A stretch of 64,000 nucleotides of DNA from Oikopleura dioica (lineage: Eukaryota > Animalia > Chordata), in NCBI GenBank assembly GCA_907165135.1, contig OU015566.1:5084001-5148000 (forward strand). The letters are read 5' to 3'. Positions 22,157-35,818 of this stretch are shown here, in pieces (the stretch's first letter is position 1; the number at the start of each line of letters is the position of its first letter). The position numbers were made by a program, and so were the translations under genes. Below the pieces are notes generated by a model. It saw nothing but the letters and a program-made list of their open reading frames with translations, did no database searches and was not told where the DNA came from.

Positions 22157-23746
22157 TCAATCGTAAAACTCTTGGTCCGTTTCTGGAGTGTCAATCGTGA
22201 CATCTCCTGGCAAGCAATTTCCAAACTCGACGAGATCTCTTCCTTGGCAGCAAACTAAAGGTCCGTCCAAATCGTAGGTTTTTCCATTGCAACAGCTTCG
22301 GCGAAATCCATCTGATGTTTTTGCAGCGTATTTGAATCTAAAAAGATAAAATTTTAAGAAAAGTCGTAGTCAGAAACCTGCGTTAAAAACCTGAGTCTGG
22401 ATCCTGAAAAAGCAAGAAACCCGCATTATTGCTCACTCAGGACCCTGACTCAGGTTTTTTTAGGCAAATTGCTGAGTCAAGACCTGAGTAAAAACCTGAG
22501 TCAGGGATTCGAAAAAGCTTGAACAAGAAGATCCGCATTTTGAAATCCTGACTCAGGTTTTTACACAGGTTTTCGAACGCAACAGGAAGACAAGCCCTGT
22601 CCTTCTTTCTTACCTATTCGGATAATCGCCGCAACAGCGATTTTGAACAACTGGTTTTGTTGCGCTCGCTCCCAGCCGCGATTGAAAAGAAGAAGCAACG
22701 CAAGTTGATTTCTTATCGAATCCGCCCCAAGCGCCGTGGTTGAAAAGAGACCAGTTGAATTCAGCTTCGGAAAGGTCTTCGGCCAGCTTTTTGTCGCACT
22801 CGCAAATTGATCGTTTGCAACTGCCGAGTTCGTTTAGGCAGCTGATTGTTTTTTCTCCTGTTTCGGGATCTTCGGTGCCAGAAACGAGATAGGATCGATG
22901 TGTTCCATCGCAATCTTCTTGCTCTTTTTCTTTGACGAAATCTCTCTCGATGCAGCCATAACAACTGTGGAAGTTTTTGCAAGCCCGATCTAAGAATTCA
23001 AAATTTCCTACTAAAAACAAGAATTTTACCAATTTGATCGACTGGTTTTCCGAAGCCAGCGTCGAGGTCGAATTGAGCATTTGCGAAGCAGTAGCAGCCG
23101 TAGTAGATGAATTTGCCGACGAGGGGGATTTTTTGGAGGTAGAGGATTAAGGAGATCACGTGCTTGAATTTTCGGGCTTGGGCCATTCCGAGACCGGCAT
23201 AGCCTTGTTCTTTTGGCACTCCGAGGGCTTCGAGGAATTCGCCGGTTCTAGAAAATGGGTTGAATTTTTTGGCGTGGTGGCGGGAATCGGAAATTTTCGG
23301 CCGACAATTTGACTAAAATTTTTAAGAAATTTCGGACCAATCAAATTTCCGCTCTTGGCCGATAGACCAATCAGATTTCAGACAAAATTTCTTAAAATTT
23401 TTGTCAAAATTGTCGGCCGAAAATTGGCGAATCCTGATAATTTTGAAGAAAATAAGAACTTACGTTTGAACATTTTGCCCAGCGATGGTTTCCAACACCT
23501 TTTCGTAGCCCAAATCGCCGGAAGATTTGAGAATCATTTTGCCGAATAAATGCTGATCCACGAAATCCGCGATTGTCGCATTATTTTCGACGAATTTTTC
23601 AGAAGGAAAATCGTTTATGTCACCACTGAAGTTTTCTGCTTTTTCGGGGATGAAAAAATTTTTTGCTGAAAAGAACAAATTTCTAGGCCTTTCTTATCCC
23701 TTCCTGAAGCCACCAAGAGCGCTAGAATCTTCGGAATAATTTTCAT
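22157..23746 (-). CDS. Secreted phospholipase A2-like protein with Cys-rich CC-repeat tail; catalytic residues substituted
   Basis: Signal MKIIPKILALLVA; YGCYCF...GKPVDQIDRACKNFHSCYGC; CKRSICECDKKLA; CCGDYPNRFKY...CCNGKTYD...CCQG. Confidence 0.8.
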
Positions 23747-24441
23747 ACTAGCGTTTTTAGTCTCTTTTTTTAAGAAAAATGATTCAAACTGTACTTTTCG
23801 TACTTTTGAAAAAATCTCTTTTTTCGACAAAAAAAAATTGCAAGCAAAGTTTTCCACTGATTTTTTTTTGAAAAGGTTCCATTAGATGGCGCTAGAGTTT
23901 GAAGCATCGGTTCGTTCAAATAAATTTTCTTGCATTTTCGGAAAGGCGAAAGTTTGGAAAAAGAAAATTATATTTGCTACGCTCCTAGCGCGATAAATCC
24001 TCGGAAAAGAGAGAAAATGAGTTTTGGGCTGTTTATTCAGATTTATCAATATTCAAGATTTGAGAAAGAAAAAAAAATTAGCTGAAAAGAGTCAAATTTC
24101 TAGAATTAATTTTGTTATTCTAATTGAGACTCATTTCGAATGAGATTTCACGATCGTATTTTTTCGATTCGAAAAATTCTTTCTCTATCTATTCTTTTTG
24201 AGTCAAAATCGATTCTTTAACGTTTTTTATTTCTAGTTTGACTTTAATGAAACCGATAAGAGTTGAATTTTCCAAATCGAAAATCAAGTAAAACTTTTTA
24301 CTTGAAATACGTTTTCATTGAAAACAAACAAAATCTGCTTATTTCTGTTCTAGCAACTTAAAAATCGTGAATCTTAAAGGCTTAAAAAAGTCGACGAAGA
24401 TCGAGATTCTTGAGCTCAATAAAAACATTTTTAAAAAAGCG

Positions 24442-24513
24442 AGGTCCTACCGAGATTTGAACTCGGATCGCTGGATTCAGAGTCCAGAGTGCTAACCGTT
24501 ACACCATAAGACC
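24442..24513 (-). tRNA. tRNA-Gln (CTG)
   Basis: Reverse complement folds as a cloverleaf with anticodon arm CTGGA-CTCTGAA-TCCAG and T loop GTTCAAAT; T6 terminator downstream. Confidence 0.97.
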
Positions 24514-25276
24514 ACCTGCCCTCGGGCTACTGCCTTAATTATTTAAAACATATAATATGTTACATATTAATTAATTATTTGAACCCAGACTCAGTTTTTC
24601 TGCGGGGTGGTGTCTGGAATCGACAAAAAAAAATTCGACAGCGCAAGCCCGATTTGAAAATTTTTTATGAAATTTCGACAGGAAAAATCGCAAAATTTTC
24701 ATTTTGTGATCCCTTTCATTTTTGATTGACTGGGTTAAAGAGGGATCAGTTTGTGTTTCATTTTTGTTTCGCGAAAAAAAATTGTCGAAATTTTCTGGTC
24801 GACAGCCGAAGCCCGATTTGGAAATTTTTTATGGTATTTCGACAAAATTTTTTGTCAGGATTTTTTTGTCGACTCCAGACACCACCTCTTTTCTGCATGG
24901 GTTTCTGCTTAGAGTTCCGGATATATGGTTGAATCAGCAAATTCAACCAGTAGCTCAGTTCATTTTTTAGGTTTTTTGATAATTTTAAAATGGGCTTTTA
25001 TCGATAATCTTTAATTAAAAAAAACTTTAATTTCATCATGAAATTCTTCAAAAACGTGTTTTCGTCAAAAAAAAAGGAAAAAAAAGTTCGCTTTCAAGTC
25101 CAAAAAAGAAGCAGCCCTACACCTTGTCTTTCTCACTTTTAAGAAAAAAAAAGTGACGACAGGAAAGCGATTCTCACCTTGAAGCCTTTCTAAAGCATCC
25201 GCCCTGCCAAATTGACCAGCTAGTAGCAGATAATTTACGATCGCTGTGACGGGTGAAAAGTAAAAGGTGGCTCAAA

Positions 25277-26884
25277 ATGGCCACGACTCTTGCGGAGAAT
25301 CAAAGTCAAAACAGAAACATGCCAGAGAAGACACGTTTTCTCCCAGCCTGGTGAGTTTTTGAAGATGAAATTTTTGATGACAGATTTTGAAAAGACCATT
25401 TTTAAACAAACCTGAGTCAGGGAGCGGAAACATCTTAGAGAAAGCTTCGACCCTGACTCAGGTTTTCTACACAGGCTGTCCTCTTTTCAGCTGGGCTCGG
25501 CAACCTTTTGAGAAAACCTGAGTCAGGGTTTGAAAATCAACATTTTTTTCTTCCTTTTTACTTCTGTCCCTGACTCAGGTTTTTACACAGGGTCTCAGAA
25601 AATATCTAAGTCTTGGTCAGAATGATCTATTTCTAGAAAAGCTGACTCAGGTTTTCTACACAGGTTAAAAAAAGATCATTCTGACAAAAGACTCAGATTT
25701 TCTGTGAGAACCTGTGTAGAAAACCTGAGTCAGGAATTTAATTAACAAAATTGCCTAAAATGTTGATTTTCAAATCCTGACTAAGGTTTTATACACAAAT
25801 TCTCACAGAAAACCTGAGTCAGGATCTGAAATGTTTCTAATCCAAAGCCTTCTGCATTTCAAACCCTGACTCAGGATTTCAAAACAGATTGCCGAGCCTC
25901 CTATCTTTGCAGAAGAAAAATGATGCCCTCGATTATTTTTTCTTCCAGAAAGTCCAAATCTGTCTTTTTTCATAAATATTTCAGCATCACAAATGTGCGC
26001 GAGCAAATGGCTCGTCAGATGGACGGCGACATTCAGCGCGCTCTCATTGCTGGAAGATTGAACAACAACGTCACTAGACTCGATAATGCGCTTTCTCTCA
26101 TGAAACGGGTCAGTTAGAATTGAATGTGTTTAGTGTAAGGGGTCTTTAGGAAGCTCAAAGTAATGGACTTTTGCTGGGCGATTTGGCCGACGATGCGAGA
26201 AAGTTGAACAAACGATTAGGTACGAAAATGGGAAAAATGACCAAATCATTTTTTTTATTTAATGGAATATGTGAAGACATGGATGAGAATATCATCTTTT
26301 TTAAATAAAAAGTTTTCTTCTATCGTAAACGTTCGAGCTTCTCTCGTTTTCGCCGAGAAATTTGTAAGCATCAAATTTCGCGAAATGTCGCGAATTCAAA
26401 AATCGATCAGATTCCTCCCACAAATATCAGGAAACTGGGCTTACAAACCTGTGTAGAAAACCTGTGTCAGGATTTCTAAAAGCTGTGCCGCGGCTTTTTT
26501 TTCGAAAAACAAAGTCGCAAAGTCAAAGCTTAAAAGAAAAGGTTTGCGGCTTCGTTTCTCGCGCGGCTTTTTAGTTCATCCTTTTGAAATCCTGACACAG
26601 GGTCTGACACAGGTTTCCAAGCCCAGATCGAGGGAGGAGAAATTGAAAAATCAAAAATAAATGATAAAACTTCATTTTTCTTTCTTTTTTCAAATCAGAT
26701 TAAAAACTTGCTGCTGGGCTTCTTTATGTCTTTGGTCATCAATATTATTGAGCATCATTGTCCCTTTTTCTTTGGAAATGAAAGAAAGTCATTTTTAGAC
26801 GAGCTTTTGGCGCGGGATCCGCGAGTTCTGCCACGAGAAGCAATCGAAGCCGCGAAAAGAGGACGAAATCAATGGGATCTTTAA
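25277..26884 (+). CDS. Small four-exon helical protein of unknown function (~117 aa)
   Basis: Three GT-AG joins keep frame: MATTLAE...FLPA/CITNVREQMARQ...LMKR/EAQSNG...KRL/DELLARDP...QWDL*. Confidence 0.55.
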
Positions 26885-27837
26885 AGTTGCTACTGTATTG
26901 AATAAAATGATGAACCAGATATGTTGTAATCGGTTTAAGGATAATTATGATGCTTCTACTAAAGAATCGATCTATACCTGCGATAGAAAATTTCCCGAAT
27001 ATCTTATTGGTTCAGTATTTATGGTTTTAATTTTAGAATTTTTTGGCGCTCAATTTTCAGAAAAAAAAATGTTTTCCATCCTCCCCTGTTTTTTGAGAAA
27101 AAAAGAGGAATTTCTAAAAAGCCTTCCAACTAAACTGATCGACTAAACGTTCGATCAAATGTTCTTGAGCCCCTTTCGCTGTACTTAACGGCTGAATACC
27201 ATATAAGAATAAATTACTTTTTAAGAAGCTCGGTTATTCATGAATAACAGAAATTTGACCCGATTGATTTAGAAGCCTAAAAGTACTCTAAGCTGGGCTC
27301 AGCAACTTGTGTAGAAAACCTGAGTCAGGTTCTGATGAAAAGTCGCTCCAGAATCTCAGGCTTTCTACACAGGTTGCCAAGCCGAGTCTCGGTTCTATTT
27401 TTTTTTGAGAATTATAAGAAAATCGCAAGCAAGGAATATTTGGGAATCTGGACATCTCAGATGTCTACTGATGTCTTATTATTTTTTGCAGAGTTTTTAA
27501 AATATTTCAAGGTTTTTCAAGATTACGAAGCAAAAAACAACAAAGGTCGTCTCCCGAGTATACATTTATCAAGCCATTGCCACTGCACATGCATAGCCTA
27601 TTCAGCATAGCCTTTCAAATGAAACAACAAAAACTCAGTTCAACAAACAAAACCATCCTTCGTTATTTCAATTGAGAATCGACAAGTGCGCACTTGAGCT
27701 GACTAAATATCTAAATAAAAAACAGACGGCGAAAGATCTGGCGAGATATAAAATTAATATTCAAAGCAGCTTACATTTAAAACTAGCCGTTTTATTCGAA
27801 AAGTAGCACTCACTTCGTTCGAGGAACTTAAAAGAGG

Positions 27838-28561
27838 ATGAAGCAAGGGAACTTTTTGCTTTTTGTTTTGTCGTTTTTTGCCGGAGCGTTTGGGAGATTT
27901 ATAGGAAAAGGGATCAATCTTCATCATGGAATGAGAAAAATAAGGACAGACAAAATTAAAGAGATTCTTTGTTTATTCTTTTTTTCGATGAAATTCTCGG
28001 CCCGGGCTTCGTAACCTGTGTAGAAAACCTGAGTCAGGGTCCGAAAAAGACATTTATCAAAGCCGATTTTTTTAAACTTAGCGAAAAAATAACCATTTTT
28101 TAATTCTGGCGAAATCGTTTTGGACCTTTTCGGACCCTGACTCAGGTTTCTTACACAGGTCGCGGCAAATCCCATTGATGACCTCCAGCTTATTAACAAA
28201 ATTAAATGCCCTTGCCAAGACTACCCACTTTCCGTTAACTTCGGACCCGAAATCGGCGACTTTTTCCGATCCAAAAATCCGGCTCCGCCAGAATCCCTTT
28301 CTCAAGCCGGCAAGAAAAGCCGCCCGGAATTCGACTCGAAAAGAAACTTTGCCATTCCAATTGCCGATCTCCAGAATTACGAGTCGAAAAAAGTGCTCAA
28401 CGCGTTTTCCCGACTCCAGGACAATCCCTTCTTTATGGACTGGCTCTCCAACCGCGATCTTCGAGTAAGAAATTTCCCTTCTTCGAGAAAAAAATAATTT
28501 TTAGATTAACCCGAATGAGACGAAATACAAGCTTGGAAAACTCCTCACTTCAAGAATTTAG
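27838..28561 (+). CDS. Possible secreted protein, interrupted by a palindromic repeat
   Basis: Signal-like MKQGNFLLFVLSFFAGAFG; open frame 28170-28463 spliced to INPNETKYKLGKLLTSRI*. Confidence 0.35.
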
Positions 28562-29224
28562 ATAGAAGATTTGCATGCTGCTTTTTGTATATTTTTGATG
28601 TGAACTTTGAATTATTTTTAATAAATTAATTAATCTTAATAAATAATAATAATAAATTAATCTTTCACTTCTTTATCTTTGAAATCAAAATTGCAAGAAA
28701 ACGACAACGAGGATTACTCAATTTTTGTTTAAATATTGCCTGGCGCATGTTTTATTGCACAAAAGTAGAAAGAAATTGAACGAAAGTGAAGAAACTATCG
28801 GTCGACTTTTCCCCGATTGGAGAAAAATGAGTTTCAGCAATTTTGAATTTGATGAAGTTTTCAACTTTGAGGATACGCACAGAATACAAAATACAGTTTT
28901 TTCAATGGGAAGTAAAAAAGGGGGAGTACTGTTTCATTAGCAACGTTGTGATGGCGAGAAGATACTGTATGAAATTTATTCTAGAAAAAAAGAGATTGGT
29001 GAAGATTTTCTATGATTCGTTATTTTTTTCAATTCTAGTCCTAGTCGTTCTTTTTAAAACGAAAGCTTTTTAAAGAAAATGATAATTTCTAAACGGTAAA
29101 AAATGGTCAGAAATGTTCGTTTTGAAAGTAGGGTTGAAGGCGAACGAGGGCGCTGGGGAATACTTTGATGGGCGAAAATGGATTTACGTCACAATTATTA
29201 TTGCAGGCCCAAGATGAAGCGGGT

Positions 29225-32200
29225 TCATTCCTCGTCGGAGTCGGTCTCGTATTCGGAGCTGGAGGGTTCTTCGGAGTCGGAATCCGTCACGAAACCACCT
29301 GAAAAATTAATTGACATTTCAATAAGAAAGAAAATGTTTGTGGATGTCTTGGAATGTCTGAGGAAACATGCCGATCTTACAAAATGTCTTTTCGAAATGT
29401 CGAAAAATGTCCTTAAAAGTAGTTGTCCTTAGCAAAAGTTAATAAATGACCCAAGATGTCCGTATATGACATGGGGACATCTAAGAACATTTGAAGACAA
29501 CATGAGACATTCAAAAACTAATAGATATAACTTATATCATATCATATAAGAAAACGAATTGAGAAGCATCAAAAATTATTCAAAGAAATCGAGCGACATT
29601 CAAAGACATTTTGAAAGGCCGAAATGTTTCCCGAGACATTTTAAGACATCTAAAGACAATTTCGAAAGGCAATGAGTTTCTGAATGCCTCTTAAAGCCTT
29701 TTAAAATCGCTAAATGTGTCAAAAGATCTCCAGAAACCTGAGTAAGGGCCTTTTCTAAAAACAAAGCCGCTAAGAGACGTTACAAATTTACCGGGGCAAA
29801 TGCGTCGAATACAGTGCTGTGATTGGCTGAATTAGGGACACGTAGCCCTTTGAAAAATGAAAAATCGCCATAAATCCGAAAATTTTTGAGATCTCGAAAA
29901 TCTGAGATGATACAGGCATAGAGCTTGAGATTCTCCACCGATCCGTATGAAGATGTCTTGGGCTACGATGTATTCCCTAGGCGCTAGAGCAATAGTAAGT
30001 TTGCCCCGGTAATTTTGTAACGTTTCTAAGCAGTTTTTTATTTGAGCGACTTAGGCACTGACTCAGGTTTTGAACGCTGGTTTGGGAATCCACATCTCGT
30101 ATGAGAAGAGAAACATCCGCAAATGTGCCAAAAAATGTCTTACCGTCAACGTCCGATTCAGCTTCGGAATCCCACATTTCCGGAACGATTTCTTCCTCGA
30201 CCCTCTCTTCGACAGTGATAGTGAACTCGTGCTTCATGTCGATGTCGATGTAGCTGTCGGAGCGGACGTAGACGACGAAGTTGTACATTCCTGGGCGGCC
30301 GGGGGCGGGGAAGCGGATGTCTACTTCTTTCACGTCGACTAGAAAAGAATCGTTGAAGAAAAAGGGCTGAGAAAGAGGCTTACCGAGGTTCTGAACTTGA
30401 ACGGGTTCGCAGAGAAGTCGCTCGGAGAGCTTCTCGCGCTTGGGATTCGTCATGCAGAGGTAGACCCACCACCACTCTTGCTTCTCGACCGGGAAGCGCG
30501 GCGCGTGGACTGTGTGCGTTAATCGCGAGTTGTCTTGAGTCAGTACGTTTTTCCGCTTGTCTGAAAAGGATGATGAGGATAAAAAGGATGGAGAGAGCTT
30601 ACTTTTCTTTTGGAGTTTCTTCCAGCTCGCTTCTTCGGCGTCTTCGTTTTCGGAGGCGTTTTCAGGGGCTAAAAGAAAGGATTAATTGACGATTCATTGA
30701 ACCAACTTACTTTCATCTTCATCTTCGTCTTCCTCGTCATCTTCTACAGCGGGAGCATCACCAGCACCTTTTTCAGCAGCTTCACGAGCAGCTGAAGAAA
30801 TTCACGTTTTACGATCGAAACATTCACACGAGACAGTTCACAGAGAACGAAAAATGTACCTTTGGCAGCTCGTTTAGCAGCGGCAGCTTGAGGACCCTTC
30901 TTGGATTTGACCTTTTTCGCTTGATTGGCAGTTTCTTTTTGCTCGGGAGTGGGCGCGATTTTGACCTCGCCCATGTCGCCGTCGTTGTAGACGATTTCCT
31001 GAAGATTGATGGTTAGACTAGTCTATTAGAGGACAAGATCTGATTGGCTATAAAGTCCTAAAAGTGCTAGAAAGGGGTAAAAGGTACATCTCCGTTGGTG
31101 GCAGCTTGTGATAGTTCTTCCATGTTGTGGCGGGTGAGTTCGGTGCTGACAGTGACGATCGAGCCGGTGGTGATCTTGTGGTCGTCATCGTCGTCCTCGA
31201 CTTTGACGTCGACCTTCATCTGCAGCGCTGGAATGTCGCGGAAGACTTCGTACAGCTCGTTGAACTCCTTCTCTGGCAGCTAGATAAAATGATATAGATG
31301 GACGAGAGTGATTTTCAACTTACGGATTTGAAGATGGCTCTGATTTCTTCAACCGGTCGGGCGGCCAATTGCTTCAATGATCGAGCCTTCTTGGCGTTGA
31401 GGAATCGAATAAAGTCTTCTTTGAAATGCGGCAGCTGCATGAACGCGACGGAGCGTTGATTCAGCGGAAGACCTTGGACGAGATTCTGCATGTTTCGGAT
31501 TATGTTATCCAGAGTTTCGACTTTGGGCACTTTTGGCATTTGCCCCTGCTGCAGCATCGCTTGGGTGAGGAAGAAGACTTTGGAAACCAACTCGGCGTGG
31601 AGATCGGGCACTTTTTTCAGGATCATGTCGAGGTCTTCTTGAAGCTCGGGGCTCAGCTTTATGTCGTACATGTGCGCGAAGTAGAGCAGGCGGACCTGAA
31701 TGAAAAAGGTTGGCTTTGATTCGTTGTTATGTTTTTGAGAGACATTAAGAAATATTTTGAGACATTTAGAGATATTTAAAGACATTTAAAGACATTTAAA
31801 GACATTTAAAGACATTAAGAGGCATTAAGAGGCATTAAGAGACATTAAGAGACATTGAGAGACATGTAAAGATATCGAGGGACATTTTGAACCATCATCA
31901 TGTCTCTCCATGTCACAAGATGTCTTTAAGTGTAAGTTCAAAGCCGACAGAGATTTTTAGGACATCAGAGGCTAAATATTCGCACAGTTTATAAATTTGC
32001 GAAAACATCCTGAGAGTCTCAGGCTGAAACATTGAATGACATTAAACTTTAAAATTCATAATTGATGTCTCGAAATGTCCTGAAGATGTCGTCCAATATG
32101 CCAATAAGAAATGCTTACCTTCATAGAATAGCCCTGATCAAAAGGCTTGTCAGTTGGTGGCTTTGAAACGTTTCGCTCATATTCCTCGATTTCGCGCATC

Positions 32201-33573
32201 AAAACCGGCAGTTGCTCCGCATCTTCCGGCCGCTCCTTTATGTCTTTGTTGTGATTTGAGTTGAACTCGAAGGCGCCGGAAAAGACCATGAGCGCGCGGC
32301 GACGATTCATCAGCGGCGTTCTGTAAACGTAGAACTCGAACAGCTTCGTCGTCTTGATAAGAACGGCTTCGGAAGTGTACTGGATCGACTTGTACCACCA
32401 GTTGCCCACGATGGCGGGGAGCATGATGCCGAAGAGGAGGCCGTACACGCCGAGGACGTACATGTGGTTGTCTTCTTCGACGAGCCAGGCGGGCAGGGCA
32501 ACGCCGTATTTGGTCTGGAGCATTCCGTCGGGGTTTCCATACTTGACCCAGTTTTCGAACATGTGCTCGTCCGTCAGCGTCTCGTAGGCCTTGTTAATTT
32601 TTCCCCAAGCTTCGTTGTTCGCCGTTTCGACATCATCAGGAATCTCGGCGCCGTCGTTCGCTTTCAAATACTCGTTTCGAAGCTTGTCGGGATGCTGGGT
32701 TCGCGAAAGAGTCCTGTAGACTTTCTTGATCGCTTTTTTGCCGCTTTCGAAGTCTTGGAACTGCGGATCGTTTTGAGAAACGCCCAAGATTCCGAAGGGA
32801 TCGAAGGCGACGGTGATCACTTCTTCGGTTTGGGAAGCGTTGTAGCCGATGAAAGCGAGCAGGGCCCAGCACAGGAGGATGATGAAGCGGGTGATCCAGG
32901 GACTGGCGCCGACTTTTTTCAATTCGGATTCCTAGAAAACGGGACTGAGGGTTGTTTTTGAAGAATAATTTTGGTTAGGGAAGGTTTCTTTGAAAATTAA
33001 GGGTTTTTCGGCGAAATTTCAACGAAACTGAATCACTTTTTTTTCACGGAAATACCCTTAAGTTTTCTGGAACTTTAGGAAATTTTAAGGGTATCGCTTC
33101 GAATTCAACAAATCAATAGAAAATGAGGAGAAAACTGCCAGAAAAACCTGACTCAGGATTCAAAACAGTTAAAAAAACGCCGGGGAAACTCCTTCGAACC
33201 CTGACTCAGGTTTTTAACTGTATTAAAGCAACAGCTTTTTCAGCCCCTTTTCGAAAGATAACGAAAAATTTCATAAATCCTTTCGTTTTCAACGCGCTAG
33301 AATGTAGAACAAAAGCGGAAGAAAATAATTTTCGAAGTAATTTTTTACCTTATTTTTGAACCATTTCGAGTTGCCATGTTTCGCCTTTCTTTCTTTCATT
33401 CTTTCTTCTTCCTTTTTATTCGCCGAAGATTGGAACTTCTTCAGCGTCAGTGGCGCTAGAATCGATTTTAAGGCAACAGGACGAGAGATGGAAAACTTAC
33501 TGAGAACGAGAGCTCCAAAAGCGACGACATAATAAGCGAAAAAATCGCCGACGTACTCTAAGTTCATCGGCAT
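29225..33573 (-). CDS. SEC63: Translocon J-domain protein Sec63, multi-exon, apparently intact
   Basis: TMs, J domain with HPD, YGNPDG...GVALPAW, EKQEWWWVY, FPAPGRPGMYNFVVYVRSDSY, acidic tail; the exon joins I checked stay in frame. Confidence 0.95.
29330..29730. repeat. Degenerate (GACATTTAAA)n repeat in SEC63 introns; second block at 31735-31960
   Basis: Tandem AGACATT(T)AA units and reverse-complement AATGTC units. Confidence 0.6.
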
Positions 33574-35169
33574 CGCGCCGTCTCGATTCGATTACTTTTT
33601 CTGAAAATGAAGAGGATTATTAATAAATTCGAAAATGAGAGCTTTTTTCAAAGGAAAAATCAAATCGCGCCGCTTTTCGTTGAAAAAAAAACAGGGATGG
33701 GCTTGAGAACCTGACTTAGGGTCCTGAGAAAATCAGTCGTAGCCGTTTTTTTTCTGGGGCGCCCTCAGGATGTCGTCGAATGTCGTCGAATGTCGCCGAA
33801 TGTCGCGACTTTTTCTTAAAATACAGGCATTTAGAAAGAAAATTGTTTTCTGTTATCAAAAATAAGTGGTGACATTCGCCGACATTCGGCGACATTCGGC
33901 GACGTTTGGCGACTTTCCCAGTGTCACCGCTTTTTCTAAAACAAAGCCGCGGGCGGCTTAGACAAAATTACATTTGAACCGTAAAAATCCTGAGTCAGGC
34001 CCTCAAAATTTGACGGAAAGTTCCTTATCCCACAGGCGCTAGAAATTCAGTTTTCTCCAAAGCCACGTACTTCTTAGTTTCAAATTTTCTCTCAAAAATA
34101 ATATTTTCAGAAAAAATTTTTTGAACCGAAAATCTGCTTGAATAATAAATGACTCATTTGTTCAGTAAAAAGAACTTTTTTAACAGTGTTCGAATAAAGG
34201 AGTGTTTTTGACGTCGGCGGCGAATTCGTGCCACGTCGCGCGACCAATCAACGCACGCCCACAGGCGATGCCGTGGGAACCTTCCTTCTGGACTTGATCA
34301 AGCGCCACCGAGTTTTTTACAATTCTAGTTTTCGCGTTTTCCGAATTTAGAATATTTCTAGAACGAAAAAAGCTGTTATTGTTTATTCTTATGAACTGAT
34401 AACGAATAAGATTTCAAGATTTTAATTTTTTCGATTCGAAAAATTCAATCTTTTTCGATTCCTTTTGAGTCAAAAATGATTCAAAAAAACTTATTATTTC
34501 TAGTTTGATTTCGAGAAAATCGGTGGAAGTCATACTTTTCGAATCGAAATTTTTGCAAAATCGTTCACTCGATTTCTTGTCTCGACGAAAACAAACATAA
34601 TCAGCTTAATTTTTGTTCTAGAAACTCGACTCTTAATCTTGTTGATTCTTTGATTCTAGAAACAAAAAAGAGTTTCTAGAACAAAAAAACAGTTGATTAT
34701 GTTTGTTTCTGTCGAGAATGAATTTCGGTTAGAATTTAACTATTTTATTATTTTTTCGATTGCGAAAATTCGACTCTTATCGCTTTTCTCGAAGTCAAAC
34801 TAGAAATAAAAGACGTTTTCGAATCATTTCTGACTCAAAAAGAATCGTATGAAATGAAATTATTTGAATCGAAAAAAAAGTTGAATCGTGAAATCTCAGC
34901 CCTAAGCAGCTCTTGAGAAAAACAAAAAGGATCTGATTCTTGGCGTTCTAGAAATTTGACTATGGAATTTTTCTTTCGCGAAAATTGAAGTCATTTTCAC
35001 AAAAATTAGTCAATCTGAACAGGTTAGAAAGGCTCACCATCAATAAAAAAGAAGAGGGACCACGTGGACAAAATCAAGATCTCTCAGCTCTGCCGTAACT
35101 CCGAATCGCCTTTTTTCCAGCCTTTTTCCGATTCCTCGCGTTTCCTTATTCTGTTCAAAGAGAGAGTCG

Positions 35170-35375
35170 TAGACAACTTTCTGAAGCAGAATTCGGCACT
35201 AGAGCATTTGACCTCACATACTACATCATTCACTTCTGCGAGTAATTCAACAAGGATATTTACGAAGACTTCTTGTACATGTAACATGTTGTACAAGCCT
35301 GAGAAGATGAAGGAAAACCTCGAGCTCTTCTGGTCTCGTGTCGATCTTCCAAATGTCCTTCGACAAGAAAGCTGA
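35170..35375 (+). pseudogene. Fragment paralogous to the choline kinase-like gene at 57-58 kb
   Basis: CAGAATTCGGCACTAGAGC...TTCAACAAGGA also at ~57704-57790; in-frame stops here. Confidence 0.75.
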
Positions 35376-35818
35376 AATAGAAGTTCATTATCTTTAGCGC
35401 TTTTCTAAATGAGAAACTTTTGAGAAACAACTGCTAAAAGACCAATTTGTTGCCAAAAATTATTGTTTTCTAAAAAACAAAAAGGAATTCTTGAAATTTT
35501 CTTTTTGCCACGCTTTGGCGCTGTTGCTCTAACGAGTCAGTGGCCTTGGTTTTATTTTCGTATTTTATAAATAAAAAAAATTTCTCTCCTCGGTCAAAAA
35601 TCTTCTTATTTATTCTTTGTTTTAACTACGATGCTGTTTTGAAAAAGGAAAACTAAATTTGAAGACAACAAGGATTCAAAAAATTTTCAAAACGGGTTCA
35701 CAATTGTGAACCTGGGCGCCCTACACCCTCTTTACTTGTATTGCGATTGCTATGGATGCTGTTTTTTTAAGAAAAGTATGAAAAGCGCTCTTGTGGAATG
35801 TTGTCGGAAGATTATTTT

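Noticed and set aside
32464-32961. Plus-strand 165-aa ORF; likewise 42283-42873, 43501-44142, 39123-39560
   Set aside because: Antisense shadows of SEC63, UBA1 and the CTCF-like gene
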